From Eledone cirrhosa (lineage: Eukaryota), in contig OZ024744.1 in NCBI GenBank assembly GCA_964016885.1, positions 110,422,001-110,486,000 on the forward strand: DNA of 64,000 nucleotides, read 5' to 3'. The notes beneath the pieces were generated by a model. That model worked only from the letters and a program-made list of their open reading frames with translations. It did no database searches and was not told the origin of the DNA. Each line of letters begins with the position of its first letter. Within the stretch, counting starts at the first letter, position 1. A program made the translations under genes and the position numbers. This document shows, in pieces, positions 1-14,000 of the stretch.

Positions 1-38
1 ACAGTAAAACTGCACAATCCACTATAACTTACCTTGAC

Positions 39-88
39 CTGAACACAGTAAAACTACACAATCCACTATAACTTACCTTGCCCTGAAC
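39..88 (-). other. Acceptor / 6-nt micro-exon-like core / donor / 38-nt intron-like motif, repeated in most monomers (example copy)
   Basis: The minus strand reads GTTCAG (88-83) | GGCAAG (82-77) | GTAAGTTATAGTGGATTGTGTAGTTTTACTGTGTTCAG (76-39). AG|GTAAGT is the U2-type donor consensus, and a T-rich tract followed by CAG|G fits the acceptor consensus. The motif match is certain; function is unproven. Confidence 0.4.
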
Positions 89-132
89 ACAGTAAAAGTA
101 CATAATCCACTATAACTTACCTTGCTCTGAAC

Positions 133-158
133 ACAGTATAACTTACCTTGCTCTGAAC
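133..158. repeat. 26-bp deletion monomer (first example; dozens across the window)
   Basis: ACAGTATAACTTACCTTGCTCTGAAC is the consensus minus the 18 bp AAACTACACAATCCACTA. It also occurs near 1347, 4129, 5782, 7831, 17453, 23278, 26168, 36125 and onward to about 62570. Confidence 0.95.
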
Positions 159-3100
159 ACAGTAAAACTACACGATCCAATTTAACTTACCTTGCATTGA
201 ACACAGTAAAACTACACAATCCACTATAACTTACCTTGCTCTGAACACAGTAAAACTACGTAATCCACTATAACTTACCTTGCCCTGAACAGAGTAAAAC
301 TACACAATCCACTATAACTTACCTTGCCCTGAACACACTAAAACTACACAATCCACTATAACTTAACTGGCCCTGAACACAGTAAAACTACACAATCCAC
401 TATAACTTACCTTGCACTGAAAACAGTAAAACTACACAACCCATTATAACTTACCTTGCTCTGAACACAGTAAAACTACACAATCCACTATAACTTACCT
501 TGCCCTGAACACAGTAAAACTACACAATCCACTATAACTTACCTTCCATTGAACACAGTAAAACTACACAATCCACTATAATTTACCTTGCCCTGAACAC
601 AGTAAAACTACAGGATCCACTATAACTTACCTTGCTCTGAACACAGTAAAACTACATAATCCACTATAACTTACCTTGCCCTGAACACAGTAAAACTAAC
701 ACAATCCACTATAACTTACCTTGCCCTGAACACAGTAAAACTACACAATCCACTATAAATTACGTTGCCCTGAACATACTAAAACTACACAATCTTCTAT
801 AACTTACCTTGCCCTGAACACAGTAAAACTACACAATCCACTGTAACTTACCATGCCCTGAACACAGTAAAACTACACAATCCACTATAACTTACCTTGC
901 CCTGAACACAGTAAAACTACACAATCCACTATAACTTACCTTGCCCTGAACACTGTAAAACTACATAATCCACTATAACTTACCTTGCCCTGAAACAGTA
1001 AAACTACACAAACCACTATAACTTACCTTGCACTGAACACAGTAAAACTACACAATCCACTATAACTTACCTTGCCCTGAACACAGTAAAACTACACGAT
1101 CCACTATAAATTACCTTGCCCTGAACACAGTAAAACTACACAATCCACTATAACACACCTTCCCCTGAACACAGTAAAACTACACAATCCACTATAACTT
1201 ACCTTGTCCTGAACACAGTAAAACTGCACAATCCACTATAACTTACCTTGACCTGAACACAGTAAAACTACACAATCCACTATAACTTACCTTGCCCTGA
1301 ACACAGTAAAAGTACATAATCCACTATAACTTACCTTGCTCTGAACACAGTATAACTTACCTTGCTCTGAACACAGTAAAACTACACGATCCAATTTAAC
1401 TTACCTTGCATTGAACACAGTAAAACTACACAATCCACTATAACTTACCTTGCTCTGAACACAGTAAAACTACGTAATCCACTATAACTTACCTTGCCCT
1501 GAACAGAGTAAAACTACACAATCCACTATAACTTACCTTGCCCTGAACACACTAAAACTACACAATCCACTATAACTTAACTGGCCCTGAACACAGTAAA
1601 ACTACACAATCCACTATAACTTACCTTGCACTGAAAACAGTAAAACTACACAACCCATTATAACTTACCTTGCTCTGAACACAGTAAAACTACACAATCC
1701 ACTATAACTTACCTTGCCCTGAACACAGTAAAACTACACAATCCACTATAACTTACCTTCCATTGAACACAGTAAAACTACACAATCCACTATAATTTAC
1801 CTTGCCCTGAACACAGTAAAACTACAGGATCCACTATAACTTACCTTGCTCTGAACACAGTAAAACTACATAATCCACTATAACTTACCTTGCCCTGAAC
1901 ACAGTAAAACTAACACAATCCACTATAACTTACCTTGCCCTGAACACAGTAAAACTACACAATCCACTATAAATTACGTTGCCCTGAACATACTAAAACT
2001 ACACAATCTTCTATAACTTACCTTGCCCTGAACACAGTAAAACTACACAATCCACTGTAACTTACCATGCCCTGAACACAGTAAAACTACACAATCCACT
2101 ATAACTTACCTTGCCCTGAACACAGTAAAACTACACAATCCACTATAACTTACCTTGCCCTGAACACTGTAAAACTACATAATCCACTATAACTTACCTT
2201 GCCCTGAAACAGTAAAACTACACAAACCACTATAACTTACCTTGCACTGAACACAGTAAAACTACACAATCCACTATAACTTACCTTGCCCTGAACACAG
2301 TAAAACTACACGATCCACTATAAATTACCTTGCCCTGAACACAGTAAAACTACACAATCCACTATAACACACCTTCCCCTGAACACAGTAAAACTACACA
2401 ATCCACTATAACTTACCTTGTCCTGAACACACTAAAACTACACAATCCACTATAACTTAACTGGCCCTGAACACAGTAAAACTACACAATCCACTATAAC
2501 TTACCTTGTCCTGAACACACTAAAACTACACAATCCACTATAACTTACCTTGCCCTGAACACAGTAAAACTACACAATCCACTATAACTTAACTGGACTT
2601 GAACACAGTAAAATTACAAAATCCACTATAACTTAGATTGCACTGAACACAGTAAAACTACACAATCCACTATAACTTAACTTGCTCTGAACACAGTGAA
2701 ACTACACAATCCTCTATAACTTACCTTGCTCTGAACACAGTAAAACTAAATAATCCACTATAACTTACCTTGCCCTGAACACACTAAAACTACACAATCT
2801 TCTATAACTTACCTTGCTCTGAACACAGTAAAACTAAATAATCCACTATAACTTACCTTGCTCTGAAAACAGTGAAACTACACAATCCACTATAACTTAC
2901 CTTGCCCTGAACACAGTAAAACTAACAAAATCAACTATAGCTTACCTTGCCCTGAACACAGTAAAACTACACAATCCACTATAAATTACCTTGCTCTGAA
3001 CACAGTAAAAGTAACACAATCAACTATAACTTACCTCGCCCAGAACACACTAAAACTACACAATCCACTATAAATTACCTTGCTCTGAACACAGTAAAAC

Positions 3101-5039
3101 TACATAATCCACTATAACTTACCTTGCCCTGAACACAGTAAAACTACACAATCCACTATAAATTACCTTGCTCTGAACACAGTAAAACTACACAATCCAC
3201 TATAACTTACCTTGCCTTGAAGACAGTAAAACTACACAATCCACTATAACTTAAATTGCCCTTAACTCAGTAAAACTACATAATCCACTGTAACTTACCT
3301 TGCCCTGAACACAGTATAACATACCTTGCTCTGAACACAGTAAAACTACACAATCCAATTCAACTTACCTTGCTCTGAACACAGTAAAACTACACAATGC
3401 ACTTTAACTTCCCTTGCTCTGAACACAGTAAAACTACACTATCCACTATAATTTACCTTGCCCTGAACACAGTAAAACTACACAATCCACTATAACTGAC
3501 CTTGCTCTGAACACAGTAAAACTACACAACCCACTATAACTTACCTTGCCCTGAACACAGTAAAACTACACAATCCACTATAACTTACCTTGCCCTGAAC
3601 ACAGTAAAACTACACAATCCACTATAACTTACCTTGCTCTGAACACAGTAAAACTACACAATCCACCATAACTTACCTTGCCCTGAACACAGTAAAAGAA
3701 CACAATCTTCTATAACTTACCTTGCCCTGAATACAGTAAAACTACACAATGCACTATAACTTACCTTCCTCTAAACACAGTAAAACTACACAATCCACTA
3801 TAACTTACCTTGCCCTGAACACAGTAAAACTACACAATCCACTTCAACTTACCTTGCTCTGAACACAGTAAAACTACACAATCCACTATAACTTACCTTG
3901 CCCTGAACACAGTAAAACTACATAATCCACTATAACTTACCTTGCCCTGAACACAGTAAAACTACACCATCCACTATAAATTACCTTGCCCTGAACACAG
4001 TAAAACTACACAATCCACTATGACTTACCTTGACCTGAACACAGTAAAACTACACAATCCACTATAACTTACCTTGCCCTGAACACAGTAAAAGTACATA
4101 ATCCACTATAACTTACCTTGCTCTGAACACAGTATAACTTACCTTGCTCTGAACACAGTAAAATTACACGATCCAATTTAACTTATCTTGCATTGAACAC
4201 AGTAAAACTACACAATCCACTATAACTTACCTTGCTCTGAACACAGTAAAACTACATAATCCACTATAACTTACCTTGCCCTGAACAGAGTAAAACTACA
4301 CAATCCACTATAACTTACCTTGCCCTGAACACACTAAAACTACACAATCCACTATAACTTAACTGGCCCTGAACACATTAAAACTACACAATCCACTATA
4401 ACTTACCTTGCACTGAAAACAGTAAAACTACACAACCCACTATAACTTACCTTACTCTGAACACAGTAAAACTACACAATCCACTATAACTTACCTTGCC
4501 CTGAACACAGTAAAACTACACAATCCACTATAACTTACCTTCCATTGAACACTGTAAAACTACACAATCCACTATAATTTACCTTGCCCTGAACACAGTA
4601 AAACTACAAGATCCACTATAACTTACCTTGCTCTGAACACAGTAAAACTACATAATCCACTATAACTTACCTTGCCCTGAACACAGTAAAAATAACACAA
4701 TCCACTATAACTTACCTTGCCCTGAACACAGTAAAACTACACAATCCACTATAAATTACGTTGCCCTGAACATACTAAAACTACACAATCTTCTATAACT
4801 TACCTTGCCCTGAACACAGTAAAACTACACAATCCACTGTAACTTACCATGCCCTGAACACAGTAAAACTACACAATCCACTATAACTTACCTTGCCCTG
4901 AACACAGTAAAACTACACAATCCACTATAACTTACCTTGCCCTGAACACTGTAAAACTACATAATCCACTATAACTTAACTTGCCCTGAAACAGTAAATC
5001 TACACAAACCACTATAACTTACCTTGCCCTGAACACAGT

Positions 5040-8000
5040 AAAACTACACAATCCACTATAACTTACCTTGCCCTGAACACAGTAAAACTACACGATCCAC
5101 TATAAATTACCTTGCCCTGAACACAGTAAAACTACACAATCCACTATAACACACCTTCCCCTGAACACAGTAAAACTACACAATCCACTATAACATACCT
5201 TGTCCTGAACACACTAAAACTACACAATCCACTATAACTTAACTGGCCCTGAACACAGTAAAATTACACAATCCACTATAACTTAGCTTGCACTGAACAC
5301 AGTAAAACTACACAATCCACTATAACTTAACTTGCTCTGAACACAGTAAAACTACACAATCCTCTATAACTTACCTTGCTCTGAACACAGTAAAACTAAA
5401 TAATCCACTATAACTTACCTTGCCCTGAACACACTAAAACTACACAATCTTCTATAACTTACCTTGCTCTGAACACAGTAAAACTAGACAATCCCCTATA
5501 CCTTACCTTGCTCTGAACACAGTAAAACTACACCATCCACTATAACTTACCTTGCCCTGAACACAGTAAAACTACACAATCCACTATAACTTAAATTGCC
5601 CTGAACTCAGTAAAACTACATAATCCACTGTACTTACATTGCCCTGAACACAGTAAAACTACACAACCCACTATAACTTACCTAGCCCTGAACACAGTAA
5701 AACTACACAACCCACTATAACTTACCTAGCCCTGAACACAGTAAAAGTACATAATCCACTATAACTTACCTTGCTCTGAACACAGTATAACTTACCTTGC
5801 TCTGAAGACATTAAAACTACACAATCCACTTTAACTTACCTTTCTCTGAACACAGTAAAACTACACAATCCACTATAACTTACCTTGCTCTGAACACAGT
5901 AAAACTACACAATCCACTATAACTTACCTTGCCCTGAACACAGTAAAACTACGTAATCCACTATAACTTACCTTGCCCTGAACACAGTAAAACTACACGA
6001 TCCACTATAACTTACCTTGCCCTGAACACAGTAAAACTACACAATCCACTATAACTTACCTTGCTCTGAACACAGTAAAACTACACAATCCACTATAACT
6101 TACCTTGCCCTGAACACAGTAAAACTACTTAATCCACTATAACTTACCTTGCCCTGAACACAGTAAAACTACACGATCCACTATAACTTACCTTGCCCTG
6201 AACATAGTAAAACTACACAATCCACTATAACTAACCTTGCTCTGAACACAGTAAAACTACACAATCCACTATAACTTACCTTGCCCTGAACACAGTAAAA
6301 CTACACAATCCACTATAACTAACCTTGCTCTGAACACAGTAAAACTATACAATCCACCATAACTTACCTTGCCCTGAACACAGTAAAACTACACAATCCA
6401 CTATAACTTACCTTGACCTGAACAGAGTAAAACTACACAATCCACTATAACTTACCTTGCCCTGAACACACTAAAACTACACAATCCACTATAACTTAAC
6501 TGGCCCTGAACACAGTAAAACTACACAATCCACTATAACTTACCTTGCACTGAAAACAGTAAAACTACACAACCCAATATGACTTACCTTGCTCTGAACA
6601 CAGTAAAACTACACAATCCACTATAACTTACCTTGCCCTGAATATAGTAAAAGAACGTAATCCACTATAACTTACCTTCCTTTGAACACAGTAAAACTAC
6701 ACAATCCACTATAATTTACCTTGCCCTGAACACAGTAAAACTACAAGATCCACTATAACTTACCTTGCTCTGAACACAGTAAAACTACATAATCCACTAT
6801 AACTTAACTTGCCCTGAACACAGTAAAACTAACACAATCCACTATAACTTACCTTGCCCTGAACACAGTAAAACTACACAATCCACTGTAACTTACCATG
6901 CCCTGAACACAGTAAAACTACACAATCCACTATAACTTACCTTGCCCTGAACACAGTAAAACTACACAATCCACTATAACTTACCTTGCCCTGAACACTG
7001 TAAAACTACATAATCCACTATAACTTAACTTGCCCTGAAACAGTAAAACTACACAAACCACTATAACTTACCTTGCCCTGAACACAGTAAAACTACACAA
7101 TCCACTATAACTTACCTTGCCCTGAACACAGTAAAACTACACGATCCACTATAAATTACCTTGCCCTGAACACAGTAAAACTACACAATCCACTATAACA
7201 CACCTTCCCCTGAACACAGTAAAACTACACAATCCACTATAACTTACCTTGTCCTGAACACACTAAAACTACACAATCCACTATAACTTAACTGGCCCTG
7301 AACAAAGTAAAATTACACAATCCACTATAACTTAGCTTGCACTGAACACAGTAAAACTACACAATCCACTATAACTTAACTTGCTCTGAACACAGTAAAA
7401 CTACACAATCCTCTATAACTTACCTTGCTCTGAACACAGTAAAACTAAATAATCCACTATAACTTACCTTGCCCTGAACACACTAAAACTACACAATCTT
7501 CTATAACTTACCTTGCTCTGAACACAGTAAAACTAGACAATCCCCTATACCTTACCTTGCTCTGAACACAGTAAAACTACACCATCCACTATAACTTACC
7601 TTGCCCTGAACACAGTAAAACTACACAATCCACTATAACTTAAATTGCCCTGAACTCAGTAAAACTACATAATCCACTGTACTTACATTGCCCTGAACAC
7701 AGTAAAACTACACAACCCACTATAACTTACCTAGCCCTGAACACAGTAAAACTACACAACCCACTATAACTTACCTAGCCCTGAACACAGTAAAAGTACA
7801 TAATCCACTATAACTTACCTTGCTCTGAACACAGTATAACTTACCTTGCTCTGAAGACAGTAAAACTACACAATCCACTTTAACTTACCTTTCTCTGAAC
7901 ACAGTAAAACTACACAATCCACTATAACTTACCTTGCTCTGAACACAGTAAAACTACACAATCCACTATAACTTACCTTGCCCTGAACACAGTAAAACTA

Positions 8001-11000
8001 CGTAATCCACTATAACTTACCTTGCCCTGAACACAGTAAAACTACACGATCCACTATAACTTACCTTGCCCTGAACACAGTAAAGCTACACAATCCACTA
8101 TAACTTACCTTGCTCTGAACACAGTAAAACTACACAATCCACTATAACTTACCTTGCCCTGAACACAGTAAAACTACGTAATCCACTATAACTTACCTTG
8201 CCCTGAACACAGTAAAACTACACGATCCACTATAACTTACCTTGTCCTGAACATAGTAAAACTACACAATCCACTATAACTAACCTTGCTCTGAACACAG
8301 TAAAACTACACAATCCACTATAACTTACCTTGCCCTGAACACAGTAAAACTACACAATCCACTATAACTAACATTGCTCTGAACACAGTAAAACTATACA
8401 ATCCACCATAACTTACCTTGCCCTGAACACAGTAAAACTACACAATCCACTATAACTTACCTTGACCTGAACAGAGTAAAACTACACAATCCACTATAAC
8501 TTACCTTGCCCTGAACACACTAAAACTACACAATCCACTATAACTTAACTGGCCCTGAACACAGTAAAACTACACAATCCACTATAACTTACCTTGCACT
8601 GAAAACAGTAAAACTACACAACCCAATATGACTTACCTTGCTCTGAACACAGTAAAACTACACAATCCACTATAACTTACCTTGCCCTGAATATAGTAAA
8701 AGAACGTAATCCACTATAACTTACCTTCCTTTGAACACAGTAAAACTACACAATCCACTATAATTTACCTTGCCCTGAACACAGTAAAACTACAAGATCC
8801 ACTATAACTTACCTTGCTCTGAACACAGTAAAACTACATAATCCACTATAACTTAACTTGCCCTGAACACAGTAAAACTAACACAATCCACTATAACTTA
8901 CCTTGCTCTGAACACAGTAAAACTACACAATCCACTATAACTTACCTGGCTCTGAACACAGTGAAACTACACAATCCACTATAACTTACCTTGCTCTGAA
9001 CACAGTAAAACTAAATAATCCACTATAACTTACCTTGCTCTGAAAACAGTGAAACTACACAATCCACTATAACGTACCTTGCCCTGAACACAGTAAAACT
9101 AACACAATCAACTATAGCTTACCTTGCCCTGAACACAGTAAAACTACACAATCCACTATAAATTACCTTGCTCTGAACACAGTAAAACTAACACAATCAA
9201 CTATAACTTACCTCGCCCTGAACACACTAAAACTACACAATCCACTATAAATTACCTTGCTCTGAACACAGTAAAACTACATAATCCACTATAACTTACC
9301 TTGCCCTGAACACAGTAAAACTACACAATCCACTATAAATTACCTTGCTCTGAACACAGTAAAACTACACAATCCACTATAACTTACCTTGCCTTGAAGA
9401 CAGTAAAGCTACACAATCCACTATAACTTAAATTGCCCATAACTCAGTAAAACTACATAATCCACTGTAACTTACCTTGCCCTGAACACAGTATAACTTA
9501 CCTTGCTCTGAACACAGTAAAACTACACAATCCAATTCAACTTACCTTGCTCTGAACACAGTAAAACTACACAATCCACTATAACTGACCTTGCTCTGAA
9601 CACAGTAAAACTACACAACCCACTATAACTTACCTTGCCCTGAACACAGTAAAACTACACAATCCACTATAACTTACCTTGCCCTGAACACAGTAAAACT
9701 ACACAATCCACTATAACTTACCTTGCTCTGAACACAGTAAAACTACACAATCCACCATAACTTACCTTGCCCTGAACACAGTAAAAGAACACAATCTTCT
9801 ATAACTTACCTTGCCCTGAATACAGTAAAACTACACAATCCACTATAACTTACCTTGCCCTGAACACAGTAAAACTACACGATCCACTATAAATTACCTT
9901 GCCCTGAACACAGTAAAACTACACAATCCACTATAACACACCTTCCCCTGAACACAGTAAAACTACACAATCCACTATAACTTACCTTGTCCTGAACACA
10001 CTAAAACTACACAATCCACTATAACTTAACTGGCCCTGAACAAAGTAAAATTACACAATCCACTATAACTTAGCTTGCACTGAACACAGTAAAACTACAC
10101 AATCCACTATAACTTAACTTGCTCTGAACACAGTAAAACTACACAATCCTCTATAACTTACCTTGCTCTGAACACAGTAAAACTAAATAATCCACTATAA
10201 CTTACCTTGCCCTGAACACACTAAAACTACACAATCTTCTATAACTTACCTTGCTCTGAACACAGTAAAACTAGACAATCCCCTATACCTTACCTTGCTC
10301 TGAACACAGTAAAACTACACCATCCACTATAACTTACCTTGCCCTGAACACAGTAAAACTACACAATCCACTATAACTTAAATTGCCCTGAACTCAGTAA
10401 AACTACATAATCCACTGTACTTACATTGCCCTGAACACAGTAAAACTACACAACCCACTATAACTTACCTAGCCCTGAACACAGTAAAACTACACAACCC
10501 ACTATAACTTACCTAGCCCTGAACACAGTAAAAGTACATAATCCACTATAACTTACCTTGCTCTGAACACAGTATAACTTACCTTGCTCTGAAGACAGTA
10601 AAACTACACAATCCACTTTAACTTACCTTTCTCTGAACACAGTAAAACTACACAATCCACTATAACTTACCTTGCTCTGAACACAGTAAAACTACACAAT
10701 CCACTATAACTTACCTTGCCCTGAACACAGTAAAACTACGTAATCCACTATAACTTACCTTGCCCTGAACACAGTAAAACTACACGATCCACTATAACTT
10801 ACCTTGCCCTGAACACAGTAAAACTACACAATCCACTATAACTTACCTTGCTCTGAACACAGTAAAACTACACAATCCACTATAACTTACCTTGCCCTGA
10901 ACACAGTAAAACTACGTAATCCACTATAACTTACCTTGCCCTGAACACAGTAAAACTACACGATCCACTATAACTTACCTTGTCCTGAACATAGTAAAAC

Positions 11001-14000
11001 TACACAATCCACTATAACTAACCTTGCTCTGAACACAGTAAAACTACACAATCCACTATAACTTACCTTGCCCTGAACACAGTAAAACTACACAATCCAC
11101 TATAACTAACCTTGCTCTGAACACAGTAAAACTATACAATCCACCATAACTTACCTTGCCCTGAACACAGTAAAACTACACAATCCACTATAACTTACCT
11201 TGACCTGAACAGAGTAAAACTACACAATCCACTATAACTTACCTTGCCCTGAACACACTAAAACTACACAATCCACTATAACTTAACTGGCCCTGAACAC
11301 AGTAAAACTACACAATCCACTATAACTTACCTTGCACTGAAAACAGTAAAACTACACAACCCAATATGACTTACCTTGCTCTGAACACAGTAAAACTACA
11401 CAATCCACTATAACTTACCTTGCCCTGAATATAGTAAAAGAACGTAATCCACTATAACTTACCTTCCTTTGAACACAGTAAAACTACACAATCCACTATA
11501 ATTTACCTTGCCCTGAACACAGTAAAACTACAAGATCCACTATAACTTACCTTGCTCTGAACACAGTAAAACTACATAATCCACTATAACTTAACTTGCC
11601 CTGAACACAGTAAAACTAACACAATCCACTATAACTTACCTTGCCCTGAACACAGTAAAACTACACAATCCACTGTAACTTACCATGCCCTGAACACAGT
11701 AAAACTACACAATCCACTATAACTTACCTTGCCCTGAACACAGTAAAACTACACAATCCACTATAACTTACCTTGCCCTGAACACTGTAAAACTACATAA
11801 TCCACTATAACTTAACTTGCCCTGAAACAGTAAAACTACACAAACCACTATAACTTACCTTGCCCTGAACACAGTAAAACTACACAATCCACTATAACTT
11901 ACCTTGCCCTGAACACAGTAAAACTACACGATCCACTATAAATTACCTTGCCCTGAACACAGTAAAACTACACAATCCACTATAACACACCTTCCCCTGA
12001 ACACAGTAAAACTACACAATCCACTATAACTTACCTTGTCCTGAACACACTAAAACTACACAATCCACTATAACTTAACTGGCCCTGAACAAAGTAAAAT
12101 TACACAATCCACTATAACTTAGCTTGCACTGAACACAGTAAAACTACACAATCCACTATAACTTAACTTGCTCTGAACACAGTAAAACTACACAATCCTC
12201 TATAACTTACCTTGCTCTGAACACAGTAAAACTAAATAATCCACTATAACTTACCTTGCCCTGAACACACTAAAACTACACAATCTTCTATAACTTACCT
12301 TGCTCTGAACACAGTAAAACTAGACAATCCCCTATACCTTACCTTGCTCTGAACACAGTAAAACTACACCATCCACTATAACTTACCTTGCCCTGAACAC
12401 AGTAAAACTACACAATCCACTATAACTTAAATTGCCCTGAACTCAGTAAAACTACATAATCCACTGTACTTACATTGCCCTGAACACAGTAAAACTACAC
12501 AACCCACTATAACTTACCTAGCCCTGAACACAGTAAAACTACACAACCCACTATAACTTACCTAGCCCTGAACACAGTAAAAGTACATAATCCACTATAA
12601 CTTACCTTGCTCTGAACACAGTATAACTTACCTTGCTCTGAAGACAGTAAAACTACACAATCCACTTTAACTTACCTTTCTCTGAACACAGTAAAACTAC
12701 ACAATCCACTATAACTTACCTTGCTCTGAACACAGTAAAACTACACAATCCACTATAACTTACCTTGCCCTGAACACAGTAAAACTACGTAATCCACTAT
12801 AACTTACCTTGCCCTGAACACAGTAAAACTACACGATCCACTATAACTTACCTTGCCCTGAACACAGTAAAACTACACAATCCACTATAACTTACCTTGC
12901 TCTGAACACAGTAAAACTACACAATCCACTATAACTTACCTTGCCCTGAACACAGTAAAACTACGTAATCCACTATAACTTACCTTGCCCTGAACACAGT
13001 AAAACTACACGATCCACTATAACTTACCTTGTCCTGAACATAGTAAAACTACACAATCCACTATAACTAACCTTGCTCTGAACACAGTAAAACTACACAA
13101 TCCACTATAACTTACCTTGCCCTGAACACAGTAAAACTACACAATCCACTATAACTAACATTGCTCTGAACACAGTAAAACTATACAATCCACCATAACT
13201 TACCTTGCCCTGAACACAGTAAAACTACACAATCCACTATAACTTACCTTGACCTGAACAGAGTAAAACTACACAATCCACTATAACTTACCTTGCCCTG
13301 AACACACTAAAACTACACAATCCACTATAACTTAACTGGCCCTGAACACAGTAAAACTACACAATCCACTATAACTTACCTTGCACTGAAAACAGTAAAA
13401 CTACACAACCCAATATGACTTACCTTGCTCTGAACACAGTAAAACTACACAATCCACTATAACTTACCTTGCCCTGAATATAGTAAAAGAACGTAATCCA
13501 CTATAACTTACCTTCCTTTGAACACAGTAAAACTACACAATCCACTATAATTTACCTTGCCCTGAACACAGTAAAACTACAAGATCCACTATAACTTACC
13601 TTGCTCTGAACACAGTAAAACTACATAATCCACTATAACTTAACTTGCCCTGAACACAGTAAAACTAACACAATCCACTATAACTTACCTTGCTCTGAAC
13701 ACAGTAAAACTACACAATCCACTATAACTTACCTGGCTCTGAACACAGTGAAACTACACAATCCACTATAACTTACCTTGCTCTGAACACAGTAAAACTA
13801 AATAATCCACTATAACTTACCTTGCTCTGAAAACAGTGAAACTACACAATCCACTATAACGTACCTTGCCCTGAACACAGTAAAACTAACACAATCAACT
13901 ATAGCTTACCTTGCCCTGAACACAGTAAAACTACACAATCCACTATAAATTACCTTGCTCTGAACACAGTAAAACTAACACAATCAACTATAACTTACCT

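Larger units (their letters stand above)
1..2428. repeat. Higher-order repeat: two copies of a 1214-bp (28-monomer) block
   Basis: The rare variant AAACTGCAC has its G at 12 and 1226 (offset 1214). The short monomer (133, 1347) and the variants CTACAGGAT, CCCATTATA and ATAACACACCTTCCCC recur in the same order. 27x44+26+1-1=1214. Confidence 0.93.

Noticed and set aside
39-88. Spliced-leader RNA gene array (exon ending CAAG followed by GTAAG)
   Set aside because: There is no canonical Sm site (GATTGTG and AGTTTTAC are weak), no convincing stem-loop around the donor, no room for a promoter in 44 bp, and I do not recognise a known leader. It would be reopened if mRNA 5' ends carried ...GTTCAGGGCAAG.
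45-88. TATA box or bacterial -10 element (TATAAC, variants TATAAA and TATAAT) and small hairpins (AGT-AAA-ACT)
   Set aside because: These are short AT-rich matches expected by chance, with no downstream gene, and the stems are only 3-4 bp.
695-700. ACTAAC branch-point-like variants
   Set aside because: They lie on the + strand, opposite to the donor and acceptor motifs, and are simple one-base variants.
8940-8950. U1 snRNA gene or pseudogene
   Set aside because: The match covers only 8-11 nt of the U1 5' end, with no U1 stem-loops or body downstream.
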